Assembly (NCBI GenBank): GCA_016210925.1
Contig: JACQTF010000179.1
Location: forward strand, 1-60,913
Direction: 5' to 3'
Length of the DNA: 60,913 bases
From: Acidobacteriota bacterium
GTDB taxonomy: Bacteria > Acidobacteriota > UBA6911 > JACQTF01
Positions 26,763-35,702 of this stretch are shown here, piece after piece. A program made the position numbers and the translations under genes. Below the pieces are notes generated by a model. That model was given only the letters and a program-made list of their open reading frames with translations, searched no databases and had not been told where the DNA came from. The first letter of the stretch is position 1, and the number at the start of each line of letters is the position of its first letter.

Positions 26763-28565
26763 ATGAAAACAAAAAATCTCGTTCGCGCGATTTCAGTGAG
26801 TGTCACCCTGGTTTCCTTGCCTTGGCTGGCGGCCCAAACGCCAGCCCCGTTGCCCGCTGAGGTCGTCCGGTATGCGGACACCGTCTTGTACAACGGTGCC
26901 ATTCTCACCGCGGATGACCGCTTTACCATCGCGGAAGGGGTCGCGATTCGCGACGGTAAAATTCTGGCCGTTGGGACCAGCCAGCGGGTCCTCTCGCTGG
27001 CGGGACCCGAGACGAAGAAGATCGACCTGGAAGGGAAAAGCCTGGTCCCGGGATTTTTCGACACGCACCTGCACGGGGCCTGGGTGGGCAACATCGCCAA
27101 GAGAGGGCGCGGGGGCAGGGTCAACTTCGAAGACAAAGATCGCGCGTTTGCGGAAATCAAGAAAATGGTGGAGGGCGCGTCTCCCGGGGAATGGATCGTG
27201 CTTTCCGGCCCCAGGACCAAGAATTTTTATTCCGTGACCCGCCGGGATCTGGACCCGATTTCACCGCAGAATCCGCTGGTCTTTATCACGCAAAGCCAGG
27301 AGGTACTGGCCAATAGCGTGGCCTTGAAGCTGGCGAATCTGCCTCCGGAGATGCCTGGTGTGCTCAAAGACGCCAAAACCGGTGAGCCTACAGGGCAGCT
27401 GTTCAGCTTCGCAGCCGGCGTCGTGACCTACGACGTCATGCCTCTGCCTCAGGTGACCGAGGAAATGCTGGCGAATCAAAAAACGGTCTTGAGAAGGCTG
27501 AATTCCCAGGGCCTCACCACCATCATCGGCCGGGGACAGGGGTTGACGACGAGCATCCTGAAGGAACTCTGGCAGCGCCAGGAGCTGACGGCGCGGGTCC
27601 GAATCACCCATGAGTTCACCCGCTTGAACCCCCAGCTGGAAAGTTACCTGAAGCGGATGGGCAATCTCAGCGGTTTTGGCGATGCATGGATGAAAATTGT
27701 GGGCGCGACGGTGCAACCGGTAGACGGCACCACCGGCGACGCGGCGGCACTGTCCGCGAAGCGAAAGATCCGCCGGCGGCCCGAGGATCCCTATGAGTGG
27801 GGCGCAAACAAGTGGCTCGCTTACGGGCCGATTCAGCAGGAGGATCCGAAAGAGCGAACCGAATGGAACAGCATCCTTCTCGCAAACCGTTACGGGTGGA
27901 ACGTGACATCGGTGCACAGCCAGGGAGATCTGGGAACCCAGATCCTGCTCGAGGCCTACGCGGAAGCGGACAAGGAGAAATCTCTCCAGGGAAGGCGGTT
28001 TGGTTTCGATCATGGCTTGATGCGCACCCCCGAAAACTTTAAATTGGCCAAGCAACTGGATGTCATCCCCAGCATTGGACCGAAATATATGTTCATGGGC
28101 TCGCCTTCGACCTTGATCTTTCTCTATGGGGCCGACGCTGTCCACGAGATGACTCCGGTCAAGAGCCTGATTCAGATGGGGATCAAGCCGGTGCTGGAGG
28201 CTGATATCGCCGGTGCCTATTCGGCCCCCTTATGGTTGATGGAAAAACTCATCACCCGGATGGACGAAAAAGGGACGGTGTGGGGACCGCAGGAGAAAAT
28301 CTCCCGGCAGGAAGCGCTCTGGATGAAAACGAACTGGGCAGCGCGCTACAGCGGAGATGAAAGGATCTCAGGGACCATCGAGGCTGGGAAATTGGCGGAT
28401 CTGGTGGTCCTGGACGGAGACTATATGAAGGTGCCGGAGCAGGAGATTTCCAAAATCCCGATTCTGCTCACCTATGTGGATGGGCGCGTTGTCTATGACC
28501 GGCAAAGAGACGGGGATGTGCGGACGCCGTTGTGGGACCGTCCCGGTGCCTTTGGAGTCGAGTAA
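26763..28565 (+). CDS. exported amidohydrolase (Amidohydro_3/YtcJ-like)
   Basis: 600 aa with signal peptide MKTKNLVRAISVSVTLVSLPWLAAQ. GFFDTHLHG motif. C-terminal GKLADLVVLDGDY...YVDGRVVYD. Paralogue of 41243..43105. Confidence 0.88.
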   Translation: MKTKNLVRAISVSVTLVSLPWLAAQTPAPLPAEVVRYADTVLYNGAILTADDRFTIAEGVAIRDGKILAVGTSQRVLSLAGPETKKIDLEGKSLVPGFFDTHLHGAWVGNIAKRGRGGRVNFEDKDRAFAEIKKMVEGASPGEWIVLSGPRTKNFYSVTRRDLDPISPQNPLVFITQSQEVLANSVALKLANLPPEMPGVLKDAKTGEPTGQLFSFAAGVVTYDVMPLPQVTEEMLANQKTVLRRLNSQGLTTIIGRGQGLTTSILKELWQRQELTARVRITHEFTRLNPQLESYLKRMGNLSGFGDAWMKIVGATVQPVDGTTGDAAALSAKRKIRRRPEDPYEWGANKWLAYGPIQQEDPKERTEWNSILLANRYGWNVTSVHSQGDLGTQILLEAYAEADKEKSLQGRRFGFDHGLMRTPENFKLAKQLDVIPSIGPKYMFMGSPSTLIFLYGADAVHEMTPVKSLIQMGIKPVLEADIAGAYSAPLWLMEKLITRMDEKGTVWGPQEKISRQEALWMKTNWAARYSGDERISGTIEAGKLADLVVLDGDYMKVPEQEISKIPILLTYVDGRVVYDRQRDGDVRTPLWDRPGAFGVE

Positions 28566-28576
28566 GGGGTGATTCG

Positions 28577-28936
28577 ATGTACCAAAGAAATGTTTTCCTT
28601 TTTGCGCTGTTCTGCTTTGGCCGGCTTTTTGCACAGAGTGGAAGCCTTCCCCCTGAGGTTTTGGCCTATCCTGAAACCATTCTTTACAACGGTCAGATCC
28701 TGACGGCAAACGATGACTTCGCGGTGGCCCAGGCGATGGCCATCAGGGGTAACCTGGTGGTCCTGGGCAGCAATTACATGAAAGTGCCGGAGAACCAAAT
28801 TGCTGAGCTTCCCATCGATCTGACGATCGTGGACGGCAAGATCGTTTACGACCGCGAGAAAGAAGAGGAAATCCGTTCCGATTACTGGGACCGGACGATG
28901 AGGGGGATGATGGCCGGCCAGTCGGAAGACCGATAG
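28577..28936 (+). pseudogene. in-frame internally deleted amidohydrolase paralogue (signal peptide and N-terminus fused to C-terminus)
   Basis: MYQRNVFLFALFCFGRLFAQSGSLPPEVLAYPETILYNGQILTANDDFAVAQAMAIRGN joins directly to LVVLGSNYMKVPENQIAELPIDLTIVDGKIVYDRE. Compare the N- and C-termini of 26763..28565. The catalytic barrel is absent. Confidence 0.6.
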
Positions 28937-29164
28937 TAAACATCCAAGCCCTGCAAACTAAAAATGCCGGAAAGGGGTGGGTGCGGAATCAGCTGATGGG
29001 ATGAATTCTCCAGCCCCGGGGCAGGCGCTCTAGTCGACAGTGACTCTCGACAAATGCGAGCGCAGCCTGGACCCCGGCCTCAAAGCCAGGATCGAGCTGG
29101 ATCATAATTCCCTCCGTGAAATGGCGTCTGCTCATGGCCAGCCAAAACGTATTTGCACAAGGTT

Positions 29165-30277
29165 CTAATGGTGGTGCCCGTGGGCGGGAGCGCTGCTGGG
29201 CTTGTGCTTCAAAAGTTCCTCGAGGTCCTTTCGATGGCGGGAGATCTTTTCGCTTTTCGGGTCGAAATTCTGATAGGCGCTGAGGAGCAGTTCCAGCACC
29301 TTTCCCTCCACCTCATTGTAATCGTCGATATCGTGGGAATGGCGGATGTCCACGTCGCGGACAAAGGGAAGGCTCTTCTCTAGATTCGCCGCGGCAAGTT
29401 CCCATTGCTGCCGCCGGTGGAAGACGATCCCGAGGTTATAAAACGCCCGGCCTTTTCCCAGGACATCGTTGGACCGCTCAAAAAGCTCCAGAGCGACGGT
29501 GAAGGCCCTGGTCGCCTGCTCGAAATCGCCGCTCATCAAAGAAGCGCTTCCCAGGTTCAGCCAGGCATTGCCCTCCCAGATGGTTTTTCCCACCTTCTTC
29601 GCCGCTTCCGCGGCGTCCCGCGAGTACGCCACCGAGTCCGCGTAGCGTCCCAAGTGAAGGTAGGCCGCCCCCACGTTGTAAAGACTGAGCGCTAACTTTT
29701 CTGCATCGTCCAGCCGCCGCGCCAGCTCCAGAGCTTTTTCACAGTCGCCGAGGGCCTTTTCCGATTGCTCCAAACCCAGGTAGGCGTAAGCTCTGCTGAT
29801 ATAGGTTGAGACTAAAAACGACGTGTCTTGCAGTTCCTCGGCCTTGGAACGGATGCCTTCAATGAGGTCCAATGCCTCGCGAAATCGCTTTTCATTGAGC
29901 CATTTTGTGGCCTGGATCCGGTCCTGTCGAATCTCGAACATCATCAAAAGGCTGCGGTCCCCCATCTCCTGGGCGTACAGCCGCCCGAGCTCAATGCCGA
30001 AGTTCAAGAGGTCTTCAGAATAACGCACGCGTCGTTGCTCCGGCTGATTCCTCATGGAGTGGATGGAACGATCGAAGTCATCCACCAGTCGCTTCAAAGA
30101 TTCCCTGACCTCCGCCGGTTCTTTTCGGATCGCCTCCCGTGCCGCAGCAGTGTCACCCTGCTTCAGATATTCTCGCAAGCGGTCGAGCAGTGAATCCTCC
30201 TGGGCACAAACGGAAGGCATCGCCAGCGCGAGCACCACCCAGAGGAGAGCCAATGGCCTGAAGTGAATGGCAAGCAT
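29165..30277 (-). CDS. exported TPR-repeat protein with His-rich C-terminal tail
   Basis: Start trimmed to MLAIHFRPLALLWVVLALAMPSVCAQ. Multiple TPR-like units (A..YL.LG....A......AL). Ends in APAHGHHH. Confidence 0.75.
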   Translation of the reverse strand: MLAIHFRPLALLWVVLALAMPSVCAQEDSLLDRLREYLKQGDTAAAREAIRKEPAEVRESLKRLVDDFDRSIHSMRNQPEQRRVRYSEDLLNFGIELGRLYAQEMGDRSLLMMFEIRQDRIQATKWLNEKRFREALDLIEGIRSKAEELQDTSFLVSTYISRAYAYLGLEQSEKALGDCEKALELARRLDDAEKLALSLYNVGAAYLHLGRYADSVAYSRDAAEAAKKVGKTIWEGNAWLNLGSASLMSGDFEQATRAFTVALELFERSNDVLGKGRAFYNLGIVFHRRQQWELAAANLEKSLPFVRDVDIRHSHDIDDYNEVEGKVLELLLSAYQNFDPKSEKISRHRKDLEELLKHKPSSAPAHGHHH

Positions 30278-30303
30278 AGCTCGAGTTTTTCTTGTTTCTC
30301 CCA

Positions 30304-30720
30304 CTACAGGGGAGCGCCTACGACTCGATCCACCTGCAAGGACCAAGTTGCACACAGATCACCTAGCCCTTCCTCGCCCTCAGGCCTGAGATAAACCTCC
30401 CATCGATAAAGACCGGGGCCAGGGAATATGAATCCGAAGAGAGCGTTGTCAATCCTATGCCGGGGCCGCTCGAAACGTATCTCCGCCACCAGCTGGTGCA
30501 ATTCCTTATCGTCAGGCCCAACAATTCGCACTGTTTGAACGAAGTTTGCTCCAGCCTCAGTTTCATCGCGCTTCCAAAGCGTTACGGCGTGTAACTGCGG
30601 AAAAGCTGCGGGAAAGCTTGTTGAGCCAACCTGTTCCAAAACCTCAAAAATGGAGAGCGTGTTCTGGCGAAAATCAATACTGGTGTTCTTGCAAAGAACG
30701 AAGAAAAAGAGGCTGGGCAT
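30304..30720 (-). CDS. hypothetical protein (small beta-sandwich-like)
   Basis: 138-aa ORF MPSLFFFVLCKNTSIDFRQNTLSIFEVLEQV...GLYRWEVYL. It lies 5 nt downstream of 30726..31256. AT-richer than its surroundings. Confidence 0.6.
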   Translation of the reverse strand: MPSLFFFVLCKNTSIDFRQNTLSIFEVLEQVGSTSFPAAFPQLHAVTLWKRDETEAGANFVQTVRIVGPDDKELHQLVAEIRFERPRHRIDNALFGFIFPGPGLYRWEVYLRPEGEEGLGDLCATWSLQVDRVVGAPL

Positions 30721-30725
30721 TTTCC

Positions 30726-31256
30726 TCAGGCACCAATGGAGCCCACGATCCGGATCTCAAGTCTTGAATCCATCCAAAATTCTTTGATCACATTCTCCGA
30801 GACATCTCCCGAAAGGATCGTCTGGGCAATTGAGAGCCCGACCGCCTGCCCCGCTTGGTAAGGCACCGAGACGGTCTCAGTGCGAATGTTTACCACGAAT
30901 CTCGCCACCTCAGTCGCGTAACGTACACTCGGCCGATCCTGAGTGGACAATTGATTCAGAAAGCTGTCAAAGCCCGGGACATTAGTTCTTGCCAGCGCCA
31001 CGATGCAGGCGCATAAGGCCATCTCGTTGTGGAACCGACTTCCCGCCTCAAATCGTGCTTGGCTGAATAACTCCTTCGCGTACCGAAGAACTTTTTTCGC
31101 GTCCGAGTCAGCCCCGAAAACAAATCGTCTCAAGTCCGCCACTGCGCGGGTGGCCTCAAGCCTTTTGAAAAGAGAGCGCCGGTGACTCGCGAGCGCTGCC
31201 TCGTAATAGAGTTCGTCTCCTTCAAGTGCGGACCTCAAGTCCTCCCATGAAATCAT
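30726..31256 (-). CDS. hypothetical protein
   Basis: Start at ATG 31256 (MISWEDLRSALEG...) overlaps the TGA of the upstream small ORF as ATGA. Mostly helical by composition. No family recognised. Confidence 0.6.
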   Translation of the reverse strand: MISWEDLRSALEGDELYYEAALASHRRSLFKRLEATRAVADLRRFVFGADSDAKKVLRYAKELFSQARFEAGSRFHNEMALCACIVALARTNVPGFDSFLNQLSTQDRPSVRYATEVARFVVNIRTETVSVPYQAGQAVGLSIAQTILSGDVSENVIKEFWMDSRLEIRIVGSIGA

Positions 31257-31447
31257 CCTGCCGCCTCCGTCCAAAACTCAATCTGCGAAGATCCGTGTTC
31301 GTAATAGGGGCAGTCGGCCATAGAGTGGATGTACTCCCCCAGAGATCCCCATTTGCTCAGCACCCTTGGAATATGAAATTCGCGGTCAAAACCGATGACG
31401 ATTCCAGAGTGGCAGATTTCTCCGTCCGGCTCTCGATAGATAATCAC
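31253..31447 (-). CDS. small ORF or truncated remnant with an NlpC/P60- or CHAP-like C-terminal His region
   Basis: The frame reads DDGYKTIVGNKIKEGDVIIYREPDGEICHSGIVIGFD...EFWTEAAG. There is no in-frame ATG after the upstream stop. The only plausible start is GTG 31447 after AAGAAGGGG. The catalytic-Cys region would be missing. Confidence 0.3.
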   Translation of the reverse strand: MIIYREPDGEICHSGIVIGFDREFHIPRVLSKWGSLGEYIHSMADCPYYEHGSSQIEFWTEAAG

Positions 31448-31512
31448 GTCCCCTTCTTTTATCTTGTTGCCGACGATCGTCTTATAACCATCATCGCGAC
31501 GGGGAGGGCTCC

Positions 31513-32379
31513 CTACCGGCCAGGGAAAGCGCAGGCGAAGGCGCGTTTCAGGAAGACGCTGATCAGGTGGCGCTTGTAGTCCGCTCCGCCCTCCAGGTCG
31601 TCGATCAGGTCGGCTTCGTCGGCCAAAACCTCCGCAGCCTGCGACAGGTTTCTCTCCACCTGCGGCCGGTCTCCCACCAACAGGCTCTCCGCCTGGCGGG
31701 ACCGTCGCGGAAAGGGGCACACGCATCCCACGGCGACTCGAGCGGTAGCGATGGCCTGGCCCCTGTCCTGGGTCTCCATCACCAGCGCCAATCCCAACGT
31801 GGGCCGCTCGTGGACCTGGAACTTCAGGTAGGAGGCACGCTGCCCATTTTTCGGGAGTGGGATCTCCACAGCGGTGAGGATCTCGTCGCTGGCCAGCGAG
31901 GTCTGGTACGCGCCGGGGATCAGCTCCTGGATCGTGAGGGTGCGCGGGCCGGAGCGCCCCTCCACCCGCACCCGCGCCTCCAGCGCCAGGAGCAGCGTCG
32001 CGGGATCCGAATGGGGCTCTGCGAAGCACAGGTTTCCCGCCAGGGTGCCGGTGGCGCGCACCCGCCCGTTGGCCACTTTTGCCTCCATCTCGGCGAACAG
32101 GGGAAGGCGCTGCCGCACCACCGGCGAGATCTCGATGGACCGATGGGTCGCCACCCCGCCGATCCGCAGCCAACCGCCGTTCGCCTCGATCCCGGCCAGG
32201 CCCGGCACCGTCTTAACATCCACCAGGTGCTCAAACCGAAGGACGTCGTGCTTCATCGCCAGCAGCAACTCGGTGCCTCCTGCATAGAGGCGCCCGCTCT
32301 CGCCAAAGTGAGCCAACATCTCAGCGGCTTCGGCGATGGTGCCGGGCTGATGGATCCGGAAGCGTCGCAAAGGCATCAT
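31513..32379 (-). CDS. molybdenum hydroxylase FAD-binding (medium) subunit, CoxM/XdhB-like
   Basis: Start trimmed to MMPLRRFRIHQP (GAGGA 7 nt upstream). AGGTELLLAMK FAD-binding motif. CO dehydrogenase flavoprotein C-terminal domain present. Confidence 0.88.
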   Translation of the reverse strand: MMPLRRFRIHQPGTIAEAAEMLAHFGESGRLYAGGTELLLAMKHDVLRFEHLVDVKTVPGLAGIEANGGWLRIGGVATHRSIEISPVVRQRLPLFAEMEAKVANGRVRATGTLAGNLCFAEPHSDPATLLLALEARVRVEGRSGPRTLTIQELIPGAYQTSLASDEILTAVEIPLPKNGQRASYLKFQVHERPTLGLALVMETQDRGQAIATARVAVGCVCPFPRRSRQAESLLVGDRPQVERNLSQAAEVLADEADLIDDLEGGADYKRHLISVFLKRAFACAFPGR

Positions 32380-32401
32380 GAGGCTGTCCTCAACCCCGCA
32401 C

Positions 32402-34738
32402 CTACCCAGCTTCCCTGCGACTCTTCGCATCTTGCTTGGTAGGTGCGGGGCAACTCTCTCTGCCGTGACGCGCGTCTCTGAGAGCGCGCCAGACCCGCTC
32501 CGGCAGCAGGGGAACGCGACGGAGGCGAACGCCTGTCGCACGGTAGAGGGCGTTGACCAGTGCGGAGGAGATCGGGTTGAGGGATCCTTCGCCGCCCCCT
32601 TTTGCCCCGTACGGCCCCACCCCGTCCTGGTTCTCAGTCAAGGCCAGGTGCAGCTCCTCCGGCAGGTCCGAGAAACGAGGCACCCGGTAGTCCAGCAGCG
32701 AATTATTCACCAGTTGCTCGCCGTCGTAGATCAGCTCCTCGTACAGCCCGATGCCCATGCCCATGGTGGCGGCGCCCAAGTCCTGGCCCTCCGCCAGCGC
32801 GGGGTTGATGGCCAGGCCCACGTCTCCCACGACGGCCAGCTTTTCCAGGTGGACCCGCCCCGTCTCTTCGTCCACCGATACCTGCACTCCCAGGCAACCG
32901 AGCTCCCAGAACACCGGCAACTGGGAAAGGTCACCCGCCTTGCGGAGATAGGCCCGCCCCAACACTTCCCCATCGGGCAGGCCGAAATAGCGGGCGAGGA
33001 CTTGAGACCAATCCAGGCGGTCCGCCCCGCGCTGGACGCCCCCCCGCATCAGAGTCACCTCTTCCACCGGGCACCGCAAGACGTCCGCCGCCATCGCGCG
33101 CATCTGTGAGACGGCATCCTGGCACGCTTCCAACACCGCGCGGCCCATCAGCGTCGTGGTGCGGCTGGCGCCGGTGGAACGATCGAAGGGAGTGATGGCG
33201 GTATCCGAACCGACGACCCGCACTTTCTCGAAGGGGACGCCGATCTCCTCGGCGGCGATCTGGGCCACAATGGTATGGCTTCCCTGCCCCAGCTCGGTGC
33301 TGCCCGTGAGCACCGACACCGATCCATCGCCGTGGACCCGGACCGCCGCGGACGTCACCGGGTACGCCCCGGCGTCGCTGGCCGTGCAACCCACCGCCCG
33401 CCCCTTCCCCTTCGGGAGCGGCTTGTCCCAACCCAGGAGGTCCGCCACTTTCTTCAGATCGCTCTTCAGGTCTCCATCCAGCGGACGACTTTTCGGGAAG
33501 AAGACCTCGCCCCGTTCCGCCACGTTCGCCAGACGAAACGCCAAGGGATCCTGGCCGATCTTTTCCGCAATCTCGTCGATCTGGGACTCCGCCGCCAGCG
33601 TCACCTGGGCGGATCCAAAGCCGCGGAAGGAGCTGGCCGGCGCCGTGTTGGTGTAGACGCCATAGCAGTCGATGCGCGCATTCGGAATCCGGTAGGGCCC
33701 CGCCGCCCGGTTGGCCGCCTTCTCGCAGACCAGCGGGCTGTTTTCCGCGTAGGCTCCCGTGTTCAGATAGATGGTGGCCTGACGCGCCAGCAACTTGCCC
33801 TGGGCGTCCACGGCGGTCCGCTCGCGAACCAGCGCATCATCGCTCCGGGTGGTGAGCACGGCCTCCTCGACGCTGAGCTGCAGCTTGACCGGCCTGCGTG
33901 CCTTCCAGGCGCACGCCGCGGTAAGGGGCTCGATCTTGGTGTAGGACTTGCTCCCGTAGCCACCCCCCACGAACGGCACCACCAGACGAACCTTGCTCAC
34001 AGGAAGGTTGAACACGCCCGCCACGTCGTGGCGCACAATGAACGGGTGCTGGCAGGACGAATAGCAGGTCACGCCGCTTTCATTGACCTCCGCCACGCAC
34101 ACGTACGGCTCCATCGCGTACGCGTAGGCCATGGGATAGTAGTACTCCCCTTCCACGACGGCGGCAGCCTCCGCGAAAGCTTTGTCCGCATCGCCCCAGG
34201 TCACGTGGGCTTCCTGGCAGATATTGGTCCCGCGACCGGCCGACACATCGGCCTCGAAGCCCCGAAACCCTCCCGCAGCGAAAGTGCGCTCGTGGAGGAT
34301 CGGTGCTCCCTTCGCCAGCGCCTGCTCCACAGACAGGACCGCCGGCATCTCCTCGTATTGCACTGTAATGTGGTCCAGCGCTTGGAAGGCGGTGCGCTCG
34401 TCCACCGCCACCACCGCCACCACCGGTTCGCCCACGTAACGGACCTTCCCCATGGCCAGCACCGGGTGGTCCTTGACCGCATGGCCGTAATAAGGGTTCA
34501 AGCCCTCCAAACGATCCCCCGTCAGGACTGCGAACACGCCCGGCTGGGCCTCGGCCTCGCCGACCTTGATGGACAGGATCCGGGCGTGAGCATAAGGGCT
34601 GCGCAGCAGCTTCGCGTACGCCATGCCCGGGAGCACCACATCGCTGGCATATTTGGCCTGGCCCGTGACCTTGGCCACCCCGTCCCCTCGCGGCACCGAA
34701 TGGTTGACGACGTAAAACTCTCGCTTCTTCTCGCTCAT
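32402..34738 (-). CDS. molybdenum hydroxylase large (MoCo-binding) subunit, xanthine dehydrogenase/aldehyde oxidase family
   Basis: Start ATG 34738 overlaps the small-subunit TGA (ATGA). VAKVTGQAKYASD, GGGYGSK and SSFRGFG motifs. No AYxCSFR CO-dehydrogenase signature was seen. Confidence 0.92.
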   Translation of the reverse strand: MSEKKREFYVVNHSVPRGDGVAKVTGQAKYASDVVLPGMAYAKLLRSPYAHARILSIKVGEAEAQPGVFAVLTGDRLEGLNPYYGHAVKDHPVLAMGKVRYVGEPVVAVVAVDERTAFQALDHITVQYEEMPAVLSVEQALAKGAPILHERTFAAGGFRGFEADVSAGRGTNICQEAHVTWGDADKAFAEAAAVVEGEYYYPMAYAYAMEPYVCVAEVNESGVTCYSSCQHPFIVRHDVAGVFNLPVSKVRLVVPFVGGGYGSKSYTKIEPLTAACAWKARRPVKLQLSVEEAVLTTRSDDALVRERTAVDAQGKLLARQATIYLNTGAYAENSPLVCEKAANRAAGPYRIPNARIDCYGVYTNTAPASSFRGFGSAQVTLAAESQIDEIAEKIGQDPLAFRLANVAERGEVFFPKSRPLDGDLKSDLKKVADLLGWDKPLPKGKGRAVGCTASDAGAYPVTSAAVRVHGDGSVSVLTGSTELGQGSHTIVAQIAAEEIGVPFEKVRVVGSDTAITPFDRSTGASRTTTLMGRAVLEACQDAVSQMRAMAADVLRCPVEEVTLMRGGVQRGADRLDWSQVLARYFGLPDGEVLGRAYLRKAGDLSQLPVFWELGCLGVQVSVDEETGRVHLEKLAVVGDVGLAINPALAEGQDLGAATMGMGIGLYEELIYDGEQLVNNSLLDYRVPRFSDLPEELHLALTENQDGVGPYGAKGGGEGSLNPISSALVNALYRATGVRLRRVPLLPERVWRALRDARHGRESCPAPTKQDAKSRREAG

Positions 34739-35229
34739 GACCGACTCCTGAGCGCCTGAGCCGCCTTCTGGATGGCATGGACGATAGGCAGGTAGCCCGT
34801 GCATCGGCAGATGTTCCCGTCCATGGAGGCGCGAATTTCCTCTTCAGTGGGGAGCGGCCGCTCCTCCAGCAGGGCCCGGGCGGCCAGGATCATGCCGGGG
34901 GTGCAAAACCCGCACTGAAACGCCGACTCGTCCACGAAAGCCTGCTGCAAGGGATGCAGCGTCCCGTCCGGGGCAGCCAGACCTTCGATGGTCAGAACCT
35001 TTTTGTTCCGGGCCTCGTACGCCAGAAACGTACAGGCGCTCACCGGCAGGCCGTCCACCAGCACCGTGCAGGCTCCGCAGACCTGCACCTCGCACGAGAC
35101 TTTCGTTCCCGTCAGGTTCAGCCGGTTTCGCAGGACCTCCGCCAGACTCTCCTGCGGTTCGATCTCCAGTTCCACCGCGCGGCCGTTGACCTCGAAACTC
35201 AAGGGAAAAAGTGGGATTCCTTCGCTCAT
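34735..35229 (-). CDS. molybdenum hydroxylase [2Fe-2S] small subunit, CoxS-like
   Basis: 164 aa with CEVQVCGACTV and CGFCTPG cluster motifs. Confidence 0.92.
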   Translation of the reverse strand: MSEGIPLFPLSFEVNGRAVELEIEPQESLAEVLRNRLNLTGTKVSCEVQVCGACTVLVDGLPVSACTFLAYEARNKKVLTIEGLAAPDGTLHPLQQAFVDESAFQCGFCTPGMILAARALLEERPLPTEEEIRASMDGNICRCTGYLPIVHAIQKAAQALRSRS

Positions 35230-35693
35230 CCTGTTCCTCGGACCTCCACCAGCTTCGTCTTGATATGTTGCACGAACTCCGAAAAGCGCTCGTTCGCCCG
35301 ACGGCGAATCGGCGTCGCCCCCAGGGAGACCAGCCGGCCCAGGATCTCAAAGTCGCCGGCCAGGTCGAGCCGGGTACCGCCCCCCTCACTGATCAGTTCC
35401 GCTGTCAGGACGCCCTTGATGCGGTTCTGACCCTTGCCGTCCACGCCGGTCACCCGAGCTTTCAAAAGACGCGGTTCCTCGATCTGCTCCACCTCCACCC
35501 TGAGCTCCAGCTCCAGCTTGAACGGGCCGACCCGGTCCGCCAGCGCAGCCACGTATTCCCGATCCTCTGCCACCGTCTTGAGGTTTGTGACGCCAGGCAG
35601 CAAGGCGCTGAGCTGGCCTACGTCCCGAAGCAGCCTCCAGACGTGCTGGAGCGGCTGGTCCAGCCTGGCTTCTTCTCGGAGTTCCAACCTCAT
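35226..35693 (-). CDS. SRPBCC-family CoxG-like protein
   Basis: 155 aa. 4-nt overlap with the small-subunit gene. Sequence pattern PFKLELELRVEVEQ...GQNRIKGVLTAEL is typical of CoxG-like subunits. Confidence 0.8.
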   Translation of the reverse strand: MRLELREEARLDQPLQHVWRLLRDVGQLSALLPGVTNLKTVAEDREYVAALADRVGPFKLELELRVEVEQIEEPRLLKARVTGVDGKGQNRIKGVLTAELISEGGGTRLDLAGDFEILGRLVSLGATPIRRRANERFSEFVQHIKTKLVEVRGTG

Positions 35694-35702
35694 CTTTAGA
35701 AA

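Noticed and set aside
28940-29165. Small minus-strand ORF MIQLDPGFEAGVQAALAFVESHCRLERLPRGWRIHPIS
   Set aside because: It has a plausible RBS (GGAGG) but is only about 38-48 codons. I recognised no family and saw no partner gene, so the evidence is insufficient.
31448-32173. Upstream 240 aa of ORF 31253..32173
   Set aside because: This part overlaps the FAD-subunit gene in another frame and has low-complexity Arg/Gly/Pro composition. Only the last ~65-75 codons, downstream of the FAD-subunit stop, look like real protein.
32402-34738. Aerobic CO dehydrogenase (CoxL) function
   Set aside because: The large subunit shows the FRGFG xanthine-dehydrogenase-type motif. I could not find the AYxCSFR active-site loop of form I CoxL. 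The substrate is therefore left open.
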